Assembly: GCA_964351995.1 (NCBI GenBank)
Contig: CAYGQE010000028.1
Span: forward strand, 3,980-67,979
Reading direction: 5' to 3'
Length of the DNA: 64,000 bases
DNA from: an uncultured Acidimicrobiaceae bacterium
Lineage (GTDB): Bacteria > Actinomycetota > Acidimicrobiia > Acidimicrobiales > SZUA-35
The position numbers were made by a program, and so were the translations under genes. The notes beneath the pieces were generated by a model. It did no database searches. It was not told where the DNA came from and worked only from the letters and a program-made list of their open reading frames with translations. Shown piece after piece: positions 48,640 through 59,053 of the stretch (positions within the stretch are counted from its first letter, which is position 1; the number at the start of each line of letters is the position of its first letter).

Positions 48640-50340
48640 TTGCCTGCAGAGCTCGATAGGGCCAACCTTGGACCTGTTCGAACGAGGGAAGGGGGGCTCC
48701 TGTTGCCGCTGCGTCGCCAGCATGAGCTCGAATCGAGCATCTCTCGGTCAGCGGCGGAGCGATTGCATCGTCCGCTGACCGAGACGACTCTCTCGGTGCT
48801 GCTCGGCTTTGTGTTCCTGGCTTGCGTCGCCGTTGGCGCCCGCCTCGTCGCCGATCTGCCGCCAGCGTCGATCGCACAATCGTGGCTTCTCGCTTCGGCT
48901 GGCCGTTCGAATCTGCCACTCGTTCTCGCGGCGATTGCAGCGCTCGCCGGCTTGTGGCGATTCGGAAAAGGCTCGCTACTGATCTCTTGGGCCGAACTCG
49001 ATCGGGGCCGAGCTCTTCAGGGCTTCAGCACCGCCTTGGTGTTCGTGTTGACCTGGCGGCACCTGGCTGCTGACTTCGACTATGCATACGGCCAGTGGTG
49101 GGCACTGGACCGGATCGGCCTCGTGCTGTTCGGCGCTCTCGCTGTCTGGCGCCCCGTTGCACTGTTGGCCTTCATCGTCCAGATCCGACTGCTGCAAGCG
49201 CCACTCCGCTCTGCGTTCGGCCTGGCGTCGGGGGCAACGCTTGACGACCTTCCGATCCTCGCCCTCATCGCTGTGGTAGCGACCGTGCTGGTCACCGTCG
49301 TGGTCGGCGATCGCAAGACACACGTGTTTGTCAATCTGATCGCAGCGGCGACCGCGGCTCAGTTCTTCGTGTCTGGACGGCGCAAGCTTGCCGATGGGTG
49401 GTTGGCTGACAATGACCTGTCGAACCTTCCGCTCAACGGTTACGCCCAGGGTTGGCTTGCCGCCGGTGATGGTTCGCTCGCTCGAGCACTGTCAGACTTC
49501 TTCGCTACGTTCCGCTGGCCGTTGCTCGTCGCCACCGTCGTGCTCGAAGTCGGCGCCGTCGTCTTGCTCGCACGACGACGAACACTGATGGTGGCACTCA
49601 TCGGCTGGACCGGGTTTCACCTGTTCGTGTTCCTGAGCTACGGGTTCTCCTTCTTGGAGTGGGCCATGGTCGAGCTCGGCGTGGTTGCTCTGCTGTTCGG
49701 GGCAGCGGGTGCGATCTGGTCCAAACCAGCGTTCCGACCGCTGCCAGTCGTGCTCACAGTTGTTTTCGTTGTGTTCGGCGGCTTCATCTTCAAACCGCCG
49801 ACCCTTGCCTGGTTCGACGGTCCGATGACCTACGCCTACGAGTTCAATGCCGTGGATGCCAATGGGAACGAACGCTTGTTGGTAGCCGACGACTTCGCAC
49901 CCCACGAGGCGGCCGCTGCCTTCGGGTTCCTTCACCTCGGGCCGACGTCGCCACTCGCTGCTGGCTACGGGGCGCTCAATCGTGAGCGATTCGAGGATTT
50001 GACCGGTGTGGTCGATTGGGACGAGATCAGCGAACTCGAGTCGCCAGTTGCAGCGGAGGACCCGCGGCGTGATCAGGTCGTTGCCAACATCGAGCAGTTC
50101 TTACTGGCGTCGTGGAATGAGCCGTCGATCTTCGATCGACTGCCGCATGCGCCGACCCGCTACGCCACCGAGCGCGAGGGTCAGAACTACGTCGATGGAA
50201 CCGCTCTGGTCTCACTTTCTGTCACGAGAGTCACCTCGCTGCGCACCGATGACGACGTCCTCATTCGTCGCGAAGAGGTGGTCGAGTTCACTGTCGTCGG
50301 CAATGAGGTCTCGGTCCAGTGGGTGGAACCACCCGCCTGA
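48640..50340 (+). CDS. Polytopic membrane protein, possibly HTTM-like (start uncertain)
   Basis: About ten hydrophobic segments and a soluble C-terminal domain. Confidence 0.6.
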   Translation: MPAELDRANLGPVRTREGGLLLPLRRQHELESSISRSAAERLHRPLTETTLSVLLGFVFLACVAVGARLVADLPPASIAQSWLLASAGRSNLPLVLAAIAALAGLWRFGKGSLLISWAELDRGRALQGFSTALVFVLTWRHLAADFDYAYGQWWALDRIGLVLFGALAVWRPVALLAFIVQIRLLQAPLRSAFGLASGATLDDLPILALIAVVATVLVTVVVGDRKTHVFVNLIAAATAAQFFVSGRRKLADGWLADNDLSNLPLNGYAQGWLAAGDGSLARALSDFFATFRWPLLVATVVLEVGAVVLLARRRTLMVALIGWTGFHLFVFLSYGFSFLEWAMVELGVVALLFGAAGAIWSKPAFRPLPVVLTVVFVVFGGFIFKPPTLAWFDGPMTYAYEFNAVDANGNERLLVADDFAPHEAAAAFGFLHLGPTSPLAAGYGALNRERFEDLTGVVDWDEISELESPVAAEDPRRDQVVANIEQFLLASWNEPSIFDRLPHAPTRYATEREGQNYVDGTALVSLSVTRVTSLRTDDDVLIRREEVVEFTVVGNEVSVQWVEPPA

Positions 50341-50415
50341 GGACGAGGTCTTGGGCCTATCCCTGGGTGGGCTTGCTCTCTCTTGCTGTTGATGTTGCGA
50401 GTCGAAAGCCAGAAC

Positions 50416-50883
50416 ATGAGGATTTTCGGAAACCGCCGACGCCTGACCGACGAGCGTCGATCCAGCTCTGCTGTCCAACGATCAACCCAACCGCATCCGC
50501 TCTTCTCCGATGCGCTCGACCATCTACCAAACGCCCGCTGGGCCGTTGCTTGCGTGGCGGAGTTTCGCACCGAAGGACGAGATGGACTTCGCGGAATCCT
50601 TCACCATGATGGTGCACTGTTGTGCTTCACCACGTGGGGAGGGGCCGAACGCTTCGTTGGGGCACCGATGGAGTTCTTGTGGCACCAAACAGCAGACGGC
50701 ACTTTTCACATCACGGGCCGGGATGCCACGGTTCGTTTCTGTCGTCTCGCTCCGCTGTCGAGTTTCGTCCAGCATCCGCCGCCGTTCGCCGCTGCTGAAG
50801 ATCAACCTCTCGCCGAGTCGCTGGCCGGCTGGATGGCAACTTGGGCGCCACCCCAGGTGTCGCCGCTAGCCTCTCCGATGTGA
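50416..50883 (+). CDS. Hypothetical protein
   Basis: ORF whose stop overlaps the dcd start. Confidence 0.5.
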   Translation: MRIFGNRRRLTDERRSSSAVQRSTQPHPLFSDALDHLPNARWAVACVAEFRTEGRDGLRGILHHDGALLCFTTWGGAERFVGAPMEFLWHQTADGTFHITGRDATVRFCRLAPLSSFVQHPPPFAAAEDQPLAESLAGWMATWAPPQVSPLASPM

Positions 50884-51446
50884 TTCTGTCTGACCGCACC
50901 ATTCGCGAAGAAGTAGCAGCCGGCCGCATCGTCATCGAGCCGTTCGAAGACAGAGCAATTCAGCCCTCATCTGTCGACCTTCGGCTCGACTCCTACTTTC
51001 GGGTTTTTCGCAACCACACGCTGAGCCACATCGACGTGAAGCAGAACCTCGAAGAACTCACCGAGCTCGTCGAGGCCTCTGACGAAGATCCTTTCATCCT
51101 GCACCCCGGAGAATTCGTACTCGGCTCGACTCTGGAGCGCGTGGCGATCCCGTCTGACCTCGTCGGCCGCATCGAGGGCAAGAGCTCGCTTGGTCGCCTC
51201 GGCCTGTTGATCCACACCACTGCCGGCTTCGTCGATGCCGGGTGGGACGGTCAGCTGACTCTTGAATTCTCCAATGTGGCGAGCCTGCCGATCACCCTCT
51301 ACCCGGGGATGAAGATCGGCCAGATCAGCTTCATCCGGATGACGACCGATGCCGATCAGCCCTATGGCACCGGCAAGCTCGGCTCGAAGTACCAAGGGCA
51401 GAAGGGGCCTCGCCCCAGCCGCTACTGGGAGAACTTTGACCTCTAG
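50880..51446 (+). CDS. dcd: dCTP deaminase
   Basis: IQPSSVDLRL, EGKSSLGRLG, AGFVDAG..LTLE and KYQGQ. Confidence 0.96.
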   Translation: MILSDRTIREEVAAGRIVIEPFEDRAIQPSSVDLRLDSYFRVFRNHTLSHIDVKQNLEELTELVEASDEDPFILHPGEFVLGSTLERVAIPSDLVGRIEGKSSLGRLGLLIHTTAGFVDAGWDGQLTLEFSNVASLPITLYPGMKIGQISFIRMTTDADQPYGTGKLGSKYQGQKGPRPSRYWENFDL

Positions 51447-51499
51447 CTTGAAGTCCTGATTCAGCCGACCTCCGGAAGTTACCGGCTGGTTGTGTTTCA

Positions 51500-52129
51500 A
51501 TGGCCCTTATGCGAGCCCGCCACACCATCGTTGAACTCACCGAAGCCGACGATGCGCCGCTCTTCGACCTCGTCGACGGCATGGGTGATGACAGCGCGGT
51601 AGACGGCGACATCGAGTTGATCGATGCATCGGTTGCGCCACAGCCGATGCTGCCAACCCAGCTCGGCACCGATCGTCGGGCCGCTCGACCGTCAGGCTCT
51701 GCCGTCCCGGCGATTCAGCCGATCAACCAGCCAAAGCCGATGCTGCCCTGGGGTCTCGGCACCGATGGCTGGCCTCGATACAACAGCCGACTGGTTCGCT
51801 TGTTTGCGTCCGACCCCGGCGAGTTCACCGACGCAGCGGCCGGTGAGGACTGGGGCTGTCTCCGCCTCGCGCCAGACTGGCGACTGGCCAAGGCCAAACA
51901 CCGGGCGACGCCCGGTTGGCCTCGGCTCATCGACGGCACCATACAAATGCCGTACCGGTCTCCGGTGCTCCGGGTTCAGTTGCAGATCCAACCGTTCCAC
52001 GACCGGTACGCCCGTGTCGACATCATCTTGAAGTCTCGCCACCGCTGGCCTCGCCGCTACTTCGATGTGGCCTCGGTCTGCCTCACCCAGATGCAACGGC
52101 TGGAGCGGCCGCTCGCGCTCTCGCGCTGA
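51500..52129 (+). CDS. Hypothetical protein
   Basis: ORF with plausible coding composition; no motif recognised. Confidence 0.55.
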   Translation: MALMRARHTIVELTEADDAPLFDLVDGMGDDSAVDGDIELIDASVAPQPMLPTQLGTDRRAARPSGSAVPAIQPINQPKPMLPWGLGTDGWPRYNSRLVRLFASDPGEFTDAAAGEDWGCLRLAPDWRLAKAKHRATPGWPRLIDGTIQMPYRSPVLRVQLQIQPFHDRYARVDIILKSRHRWPRRYFDVASVCLTQMQRLERPLALSR

Positions 52130-52134
52130 ACCTC

Positions 52135-52653
52135 TCAGCCGCCGAGAAGCGGGAGCATGTCGGTCATGGGGTGCTCGCTCGAGGGAATGGCGAAGAAGAT
52201 GTGTGTCTTGCCATCGAGCTTGCAGCTGAGGTGGGGGCCGGGCAGTCCCTTCAGTGCTGGCGGCGTGTTCATGCCGGTCTTTGTTGTCAGCTCGACCTTG
52301 GTGACGTCTGACAACGGAATCGTGCGGGTCTTCTTGTGCTCGTCGAGCATCCCCCGCCCACCCTGGTTGTAGAGCTCGACGTTTGCTTCGATCTCTTCAC
52401 GGAACTTGTCGACGACCTTGCCGCCGATGGCGTTGCCGATCTTGCTCCCGAGGGCGTCCTGGGCCATCTTTTCGGTGTAGAGCTGGCCCTCGTCGTAGGT
52501 GGAGAAGCCCTTCACCTTCAACTCGGCATGCGCTCCGCCCTTGCCCAGATACCCGAGCCACAGCGACGTGCCATCGAGCTCTGCTACGTAGGTGCTTGCG
52601 ATGCCAGTCATGCCCTTGGGCCAGGCGACGCAGATGTTCGTGAACGTTGTCAT
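52135..52653 (-). CDS. Hypothetical protein
   Basis: Strong GC3 bias and GGAGG RBS; no motif recognised. Confidence 0.7.
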   Translation of the reverse strand: MTTFTNICVAWPKGMTGIASTYVAELDGTSLWLGYLGKGGAHAELKVKGFSTYDEGQLYTEKMAQDALGSKIGNAIGGKVVDKFREEIEANVELYNQGGRGMLDEHKKTRTIPLSDVTKVELTTKTGMNTPPALKGLPGPHLSCKLDGKTHIFFAIPSSEHPMTDMLPLLGG

Positions 52654-52709
52654 TGTTTGGTTCCCTCCAAGCGGCCGAGCCGCTGTTTTGTTATTTCCGA
52701 TGTTCGGGC

Positions 52710-55037
52710 TCAGTCGCCCGCGACGACATCTCCGGAGACAGCGTCTCCCGAGATGGTGAACGTGCGCTCACCACTCTCGATGGCCGCTTTGCGGGCGCCG
52801 TCGTCGACCGCTGCATTGGCCTCGCCGTTCTCGATCGCTTCGAGCACGTGCATGGCGATGTCGGCCACCTTGACCTCGGACTCTTCCTTGCCCTGGGCCT
52901 TCACACCGTCGTCCATCATGACGTAGCAGAAGGGGCAGGCCGTGGCGACGCGTGAGGCGCCGGTCTCGACGAGTTCCTTCGAACGCTCATCGTTGACCTT
53001 GGTGCCGATGTCTTCTTCCATCCACATGCGAGCGCCACCGGCGCCACAGCACATACCTTTGGTTCCGTTGCGACCCGCTTCGACGATCTGGATGCCCTTG
53101 AGGGATCCGATGACGTTGCGAGGGGCGAGGTACACGTCGTTGTGGCGACCGAGATAGCAGCTGTCGTGGTAGACAACCCGCTCCTCGAGCGTGGCCTCGG
53201 AGACGTCGAGCTTGCCTTCGCTGATCAGCCACTCGAGGAACTGGCTGTGGTGGACCACTTCGTAGTTGCCGCCGAGCTGCGGGTATTCGTTCTGCAGGGT
53301 GTTGAAGCAGTGCGGGCACTGCGTGATGATCTTCTTCACACCAATACCGTCGAGCGTGGCGATGTTCTGCTGAGCGAGCATCTGGAAGACGTATTCGTTG
53401 CCGCCACGGCGAGCGGAGTCTCCGGTGCAGAGCTCGGATGGGCCGAGAATGGCGAAGTCGATGCCAGCTCGGTCGAGCAGCTTCGACATGGCCTGGGTGA
53501 CCTTCTGGTTCTTGTCATCGAACGAACCAGCGCAGCCAACCCAGTAGAGGTACTCGTGCTTGAGCGTCTCGGTCGGGTCGATGATGTCGACGTCGAGATC
53601 CTTGGCCCAGTCGGCCCTGGTGCTCTGGCTCATCGCCCAGGGGTTGCTCTGCTGTTCCATGGCCCGGAATGCCGACCCGAGTTCGCTCGGGAAGTCGGCC
53701 TCCATGAGCGTGAGGTGGCGACGCATGTCGAGGATCTTGTCGAGGATTTCGATGTTCACGGGGCAGATCTCGTCGCATGCCTTGCAGCTGGTGCAGGCCC
53801 AGACCTCTTCAGAGGTGATGCGCTCGAAGACCGAATCAGACTCGACCTTGATCTCGGCGATCACGCCAAGCGGAGGTGACACAGCGGGGGAGCCGGTGCG
53901 GGCCATGACTTCGCCGGTCTTCAGAACGATTTCGCGAGGGTCGAGCGGCTTACCGGTTGCGTGGGCCGGGCAAACCGACGTGCAACGGCCACACATGGTG
54001 CAAGCGTCGGTGTCCATGAGCTGCTTCCAGGTGAAGCTGTCGACGGTGTTGGCGCCGAAGTTCTCGAGGGCGGACTCACCAGCAACGAGGTCGGGCATGG
54101 CCTTCATGGCGCCCTTGGGGCGCTCACGATCCGAGAGGTACATGTTCAACGGTGAGGTGAACATGTGCCGCATCATGGTTCCGGGAATGATGATGATGAA
54201 AGCGAAGAACGTGAGGACGTGAGCGATCCACCAGGCCTGGTGCCAACCGGAGAGATTGCCAACATCCTCGACGAGGCGAGCCAGCGGCCAGCCGATGACG
54301 CTCCAGCGCTCGAACTCGGGGAAGCCCTGCTCGGCAATGCGGAAGGCTTCGGCGCCGAAGCCAGTGATGCCGATCGAGAGCAGGACGCCGTTGATCACGA
54401 GGTGTTCTGGCTTCGACTTGGTGGCAATGCGGTAAGGGCGCCAGCTGCGTGGGCCGTATCGGCGGGCAATGGCGAGGAGCATTCCGGCGACAAAGCCAGC
54501 CCCTGCGAGATCGCCGATGAGGGCGTAGCCCCGGTACACGTTGCCGTTGAGGAACTTCAGGCCCTCGGGGAGCACGTGGTTGATCTCGAGCACGGTGGTG
54601 ACGCCGAGCAGGATCAAGAAGTTGAAGTAGATGAGGCTGTGCATGATGCCGGCCCCGGGCTCGCGGATGAGGGTCTGCATGTAGACGCCGGCGCGGAAGT
54701 CGCCCATGCGCTGCTTGAAGTTCTTGGGCGTGGTCGACCGGTCGTCCGGTGCACCTCGTTCCCAGTTCTTCACCCGATAGCTCAACTGGACGGAAGCCCA
54801 GAGGATCAACAGGGGCAGGGTCGAGTAGAAGACCAGTTTGAAGGAGGTCGGGATGTTCCCGAACACCTCTCGCTGGACTTCGGCATCATCGGTCCAGGCC
54901 AGGATCGTTGTGGCGATGCCAGAGGTGATGATGAGGCCGGCGACCAGCGCGCCAGCCAACACCCAGAGTTGGCTGGCCTTGACCCTGTTGTTTCCGGGAT
55001 CGGTGGCCTTGAGTTCTTCTGAAGCGGGAGCGTCCAT
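52710..55037 (-). CDS. Membrane Fe-S oxidoreductase (FadF/HdrD-like)
   Basis: TM domain, two CxxCxxCxxxCP ferredoxin motifs and CCG domains. Confidence 0.9.
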   Translation of the reverse strand: MDAPASEELKATDPGNNRVKASQLWVLAGALVAGLIITSGIATTILAWTDDAEVQREVFGNIPTSFKLVFYSTLPLLILWASVQLSYRVKNWERGAPDDRSTTPKNFKQRMGDFRAGVYMQTLIREPGAGIMHSLIYFNFLILLGVTTVLEINHVLPEGLKFLNGNVYRGYALIGDLAGAGFVAGMLLAIARRYGPRSWRPYRIATKSKPEHLVINGVLLSIGITGFGAEAFRIAEQGFPEFERWSVIGWPLARLVEDVGNLSGWHQAWWIAHVLTFFAFIIIIPGTMMRHMFTSPLNMYLSDRERPKGAMKAMPDLVAGESALENFGANTVDSFTWKQLMDTDACTMCGRCTSVCPAHATGKPLDPREIVLKTGEVMARTGSPAVSPPLGVIAEIKVESDSVFERITSEEVWACTSCKACDEICPVNIEILDKILDMRRHLTLMEADFPSELGSAFRAMEQQSNPWAMSQSTRADWAKDLDVDIIDPTETLKHEYLYWVGCAGSFDDKNQKVTQAMSKLLDRAGIDFAILGPSELCTGDSARRGGNEYVFQMLAQQNIATLDGIGVKKIITQCPHCFNTLQNEYPQLGGNYEVVHHSQFLEWLISEGKLDVSEATLEERVVYHDSCYLGRHNDVYLAPRNVIGSLKGIQIVEAGRNGTKGMCCGAGGARMWMEEDIGTKVNDERSKELVETGASRVATACPFCYVMMDDGVKAQGKEESEVKVADIAMHVLEAIENGEANAAVDDGARKAAIESGERTFTISGDAVSGDVVAGD

Positions 55038-55084
55038 AGCGCCCAACAAGCTAGTACCTCAGCTCGGACATGCCCCAGCCAGTG

Positions 55085-55624
55085 CTAGTGATCGTTTGAA
55101 GATGTCCCCGGGGTCGGTCCCTCATCGAGCTCGGCTCTGGCTTGATCGAGCAGCTCGAGACGCTGGGACAACTCGGCCAATTGCGTCTGGACGTCGCCTG
55201 CGGACAGTTCGGCGGAGCGTTGAATCAGCTGAGCGGAAACGTTCTCGATCTGGTCCACTGCGGCGCTCAGTTCGGCGATGGCCGGACCCTTCAGCCGGTC
55301 GGCCATTCTCGAAGCAGCCACGAGCTGCTGCTCGATCTTGAGGGCTTCTCGTTCCACGACCTCAACGTTGGCCATCACGAGTGTGTCGTCCTCGGTTGCG
55401 TCGCGTAGCCCAGACATTGCTTTCCCCAGTCGCCGGTGGAGCTTGGCCTCGGGGGTGTGGGCTCCCGCCCAGCCGAGTGGCACTGCGCTGGGCGTTCCCG
55501 GCGAGATCTGCTGGCTGCGTTGGGTGTTCTGTTTGACGCGTTGCGCTCCGAGGGCGAGCGCTGCGCCTCCGACCGCAGCGCCAACAACGGCGATGAACAA
55601 CACGGCGATGATGAACCCGCTCAT
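55085..55624 (-). CDS. Membrane-anchored coiled-coil protein
   Basis: N-terminal TM segment and helical C-terminus; overlaps the upstream gene. Confidence 0.7.
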   Translation of the reverse strand: MSGFIIAVLFIAVVGAAVGGAALALGAQRVKQNTQRSQQISPGTPSAVPLGWAGAHTPEAKLHRRLGKAMSGLRDATEDDTLVMANVEVVEREALKIEQQLVAASRMADRLKGPAIAELSAAVDQIENVSAQLIQRSAELSAGDVQTQLAELSQRLELLDQARAELDEGPTPGTSSNDH

Positions 55625-56997
55625 CCGCCGGCAACCGATCGGATGACCAAGATGATGGCGATCAACAACACGACCGCAGCAATGGCGAAGCCGATCTTGA
55701 CCTTGCTCCATGGGCGTTGGCCGTGCACCTCACCGGTCGCACCGTTCATGAATACCTGCCAGGGCTGGCCGTCGTAGATCACGGTCAGCAACCAGATCGG
55801 TAGCAACACGTGTTTGTACGTGACTGCCGACAGGTTCGTGTTCTTGCGATCGATCCGCTGCTGGTCGCCGCCGATGTCTCTGCGGATCGTGTGATCGATC
55901 TCGCTGGCCATACGGACCTTGGCTTCGTTGAAGCACTGGGTGACGTCATTGTCATAGGTCCGGCACAGGTGCCCGGCGATGTAGTCGGGTTGGTATGGCT
56001 GCAGGTTCTGAGTGGGCCAGGGTTCGAGCTCGTTGACGTACCTGGTTTCAAAGCCGGTGTTGGCGAGGATGGTCATGTCATCGAAGGAGTTGTGGACGTG
56101 GCCGGACACTCGATGCCAGCGAGTTTCGGTGACCGTTCGCTTGTTGTTGCCGCTACCGACGGTTCGAGTGTGGGTGGTGCCGCGCTGACCTTGGTAGGAG
56201 GTTGCCGCTTCGGCGTCATAGGTGAAATAGGCGGCGTACACGCTGGAGAACGAACCGTTGGTCGAGTACTTTTTGAACTCGGTTGGAGCAAACCAGCGCT
56301 TGTTCACCCACTTCTCGAGGAGGTCCTCTGCGACCTTTTCATCGAGCACAAACGGTAGGACACCGTCGACGTCGAGCCGGTCGGGCGCCTCGTGGATGTC
56401 TGACCGCTGGAGGGGTGTGGCGCAATACGGGCATCGAGTGGCCGTCGTGCTGCCGATGAAGGTGGTGTGGCCGCCACAGTTCTGGCACACGATCTCTTTC
56501 TCACCCTCGATGTGGCTCATTCCCTTGCCGGAAAGCGCCTTGATTGCGTATCGATCGAGAGCGTTTTCGTCCACCGACGCGTCAGCGGCGTGGACGATCT
56601 CCTCGGTGCTGCCGCAGTGGGGGCACTTCAACATCTGCTCAGAGATGTCGAACACGAAGTTTCCACCGCAGTTCGGGCATGGACGAACGTCGACGCCCTG
56701 CTGGTCGTTGTAGGTCTCGGGTTCAGACCTTGCCTCGGTGATGTCGGTGTACGCCGGCATCGGGTCGTTCAGTGGCGGAGGGTCGGTCAGGGGAGGTGGC
56801 CCACTGATTGCTTGCGGGCTGTTGAGCGGCGGCGGGGCAGGCGGCGCGGCCTGCCCTGGAACCGGAGGCGGGGAAGGCATCGACGGTGGCGCCGGCATGG
56901 CGGGTGGAGCCACCTGCGGTGTCGGTGGTGGGGTGGGGTCTGCTGGTGGTTCAGGAGAACCGCCGGGACGCTGTGGGGGCTGGATCGATCCCTCCAT
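55621..56997 (-). CDS. Double zinc-ribbon membrane protein with Pro-rich N-terminus
   Basis: Four CxxC pairs, LLPIW..NGATGEVHGQRPWS and a C-terminal TM segment. Confidence 0.8.
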   Translation of the reverse strand: MEGSIQPPQRPGGSPEPPADPTPPPTPQVAPPAMPAPPSMPSPPPVPGQAAPPAPPPLNSPQAISGPPPLTDPPPLNDPMPAYTDITEARSEPETYNDQQGVDVRPCPNCGGNFVFDISEQMLKCPHCGSTEEIVHAADASVDENALDRYAIKALSGKGMSHIEGEKEIVCQNCGGHTTFIGSTTATRCPYCATPLQRSDIHEAPDRLDVDGVLPFVLDEKVAEDLLEKWVNKRWFAPTEFKKYSTNGSFSSVYAAYFTYDAEAATSYQGQRGTTHTRTVGSGNNKRTVTETRWHRVSGHVHNSFDDMTILANTGFETRYVNELEPWPTQNLQPYQPDYIAGHLCRTYDNDVTQCFNEAKVRMASEIDHTIRRDIGGDQQRIDRKNTNLSAVTYKHVLLPIWLLTVIYDGQPWQVFMNGATGEVHGQRPWSKVKIGFAIAAVVLLIAIILVIRSVAGG

Positions 56998-57006
56998 CGA
57001 TGCCTC

Positions 57007-58167
57007 CTAGTTGCTCGGTGGAACGGGTGGCGGGGTGTTGCCAGGTAGTGGAGGCGGTGCCGCGAAGAGTTCAGCCAACGCCGGTACCTCGTTGGCCGCA
57101 GTCCAGCCGGCCATGCCGTTGGTCCAGACCAGGTCGGTCGGCTTCATCGTTCCATTGCTCAGGCCAGCTCGCATCTGCTCCATGTTGAACGGTCCGGCCT
57201 GCTCGCCGTTGAGGGCGACGTGGTACGAGGGAAGCGGTGGGGGCATCGCTGCGGCTGGCGCAGGTGCCGGCCCGCCCATCGAGCCCTGCAGGGTCTGCGC
57301 CATCTGGCCGGCCATGGCCATTCCCATGCCCATGCCCATCATGTCGCCCATCGCTCCACCGCCCCCAGGGTTGCTGGCGGCTGCGGTCATTGCGTCGGCG
57401 GCGGCAACCTGCTGCAGCTTGTTGACGTCGCTCACGTTGTCGATGTAGCCGGAGGTCTCCACACCCTTGGCCACGCCTCGCGTCATTGCCTCAGTGATCT
57501 CATCCGGCAGCGTGATGTTCATGTCCATGCTGGGGATGGCGAGGCCATATTCGTCGTCGACTCGTTCGGCGACGTACTCCCGCAGCTTCTCTGAAAGCGA
57601 CCGCTGTTGGCCTTGCAGATCCAACGCTCCGAGGCCGGTTTCCATCACCATGTCGGAAAAGGCGGTGATGATCACTCGGCGGAGTAGTTCAGTGATCTCG
57701 TCGATCTCGACAGCGGAATCGGTCCCGATGATCTCGCGAAGGAAGATCGCAGGATCGTCGACCTTGACCGAGCACAGTCCGTTGGCCCGGATTTGGACCA
57801 TCTTGAAGTCGGGGTCGCGCACCGTGACGGGCTGAGGCGTGCCCCACCGAAGGTCGGTCACGGGTCGGGTGTTGATGAAGTAGACCTCGCTGCGGAAGGG
57901 GGAATCGAAGCCGTACTTCCAGCCCTGCAAGGTGCTGAGCAGGGGCAGATTCTCGGACTCGAGGGTGTAGTGCCCGGGGTCGAATTGATCGGCGAGTTGG
58001 CCTCGGTAGACGAATACCGCCTTTTGCCCCTCGCGAACGATGAGTTCTGCCCCGTTCTTGATCTCGTTTTGGTAGCGCGGGTACCGCCACGCCAACGTCG
58101 AGCGCGAATCGTCGATCCACTCGATGATGTCGACAAGCTCATTCCGGAGCTTCTTCATCAATCCCAT
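57007..58167 (-). CDS. SPFH-domain (YdjI-like) protein with C-terminal GYF_2 domain
   Basis: LIVREGQ.AVF, SPFRSEVYF, WGT and GPF..LVW..GMAGW. Confidence 0.85.
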   Translation of the reverse strand: MGLMKKLRNELVDIIEWIDDSRSTLAWRYPRYQNEIKNGAELIVREGQKAVFVYRGQLADQFDPGHYTLESENLPLLSTLQGWKYGFDSPFRSEVYFINTRPVTDLRWGTPQPVTVRDPDFKMVQIRANGLCSVKVDDPAIFLREIIGTDSAVEIDEITELLRRVIITAFSDMVMETGLGALDLQGQQRSLSEKLREYVAERVDDEYGLAIPSMDMNITLPDEITEAMTRGVAKGVETSGYIDNVSDVNKLQQVAAADAMTAAASNPGGGGAMGDMMGMGMGMAMAGQMAQTLQGSMGGPAPAPAAAMPPPLPSYHVALNGEQAGPFNMEQMRAGLSNGTMKPTDLVWTNGMAGWTAANEVPALAELFAAPPPLPGNTPPPVPPSN

Positions 58168-58390
58168 GTGAGGCCCTCCCTCTTTCTGTTCTGGACCGAC
58201 TCCTGCTGGTCGGCCGTGCGGTGCTCTCGATCGAAGTGACCCTGCTGACCCGAAGCAACCATGTTGGCTCATCTATCGGCCGGCTGCAGGTTGCGTTGAC
58301 AGAAACGGGTCCGATCCGGATTTGGTTCCCGGCTGCTTGGTTCATGTTGGCGAAACAATCGGGAAATATTGCCTCAGTACGTTCCTCTCC

Positions 58391-58963
58391 ATGGACGTGG
58401 CACTCGTGCGTTGGCCAGAAGATGAGGCGAAGCGGCGGGAACTCCGCGCTGCGCACCGCCCTCGGCTTCTGATGGTTGACGAAAAAGCGCCGGCACCTGT
58501 TTCGGGTGATCCGCTCGAGGATTGGATCCGGCTCCCAGCCGACGATCGTGATCTGCGAGCTCGTCTGGATGCGCTCACATTGCGCAGTGGTGCCGAGGTC
58601 GACGTCTTTCCAGAGATCGACCGCGACGGCCTGCTCCGTATGAGTGATCAATGGGTGTCGTTGCCTCCAATCGAACAGCGGTTGGCGACGGCATTGCTCG
58701 ACAAGCCATCGGCAGTGGTGTCGAGGGACGCGTTGGCGAAGGCCGGTTGGCCAGGAGAGACCGCCACTCGCAATGCCCTCGATGTCCACATGTTGCGGCT
58801 GCGGCGTCGAATTGAGCCTCTCGGATTGTCCATTCGGACAGTGCGGTCGAGGGGCTACGTGCTTGACGTCAAACCGCCAGTCATCGGCAATGGCGCCTCG
58901 GTTGACGCAGATGGGGGCTTCTCGGTTGACATAAGAAATGCGTCAGCTGAGCGTCGCTTGTAA
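58391..58963 (+). CDS. OmpR/PhoB-type winged-helix regulator without a canonical receiver domain
   Basis: NALDVHMLRLRRRI and IRTVRSRGY. Confidence 0.8.
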   Translation: MDVALVRWPEDEAKRRELRAAHRPRLLMVDEKAPAPVSGDPLEDWIRLPADDRDLRARLDALTLRSGAEVDVFPEIDRDGLLRMSDQWVSLPPIEQRLATALLDKPSAVVSRDALAKAGWPGETATRNALDVHMLRLRRRIEPLGLSIRTVRSRGYVLDVKPPVIGNGASVDADGGFSVDIRNASAERRL

Positions 58964-58990
58964 GTAACAAAGACCTAACGAACCCGAAAT
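58964..58990 (+). promoter_or_regulatory. GlnR-box-like repeats upstream of amtB
   Basis: GTAAC-N6-CTAAC-N6-GAAAT with 11-bp period; resembles gTnAc-n6-GaAAc. Confidence 0.55.
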
Positions 58991-59053
58991 CCGGGCCACA
59001 TAACTTTCACATCCGCCCGGGAACCGTCCCGAGCGGGAGACAGGGAGATCTCG

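Noticed and set aside
56740-57360. GC-rich and ATGCCC-type short repeats
   Set aside because: Explained by Pro-rich and MGMGM low-complexity protein segments.
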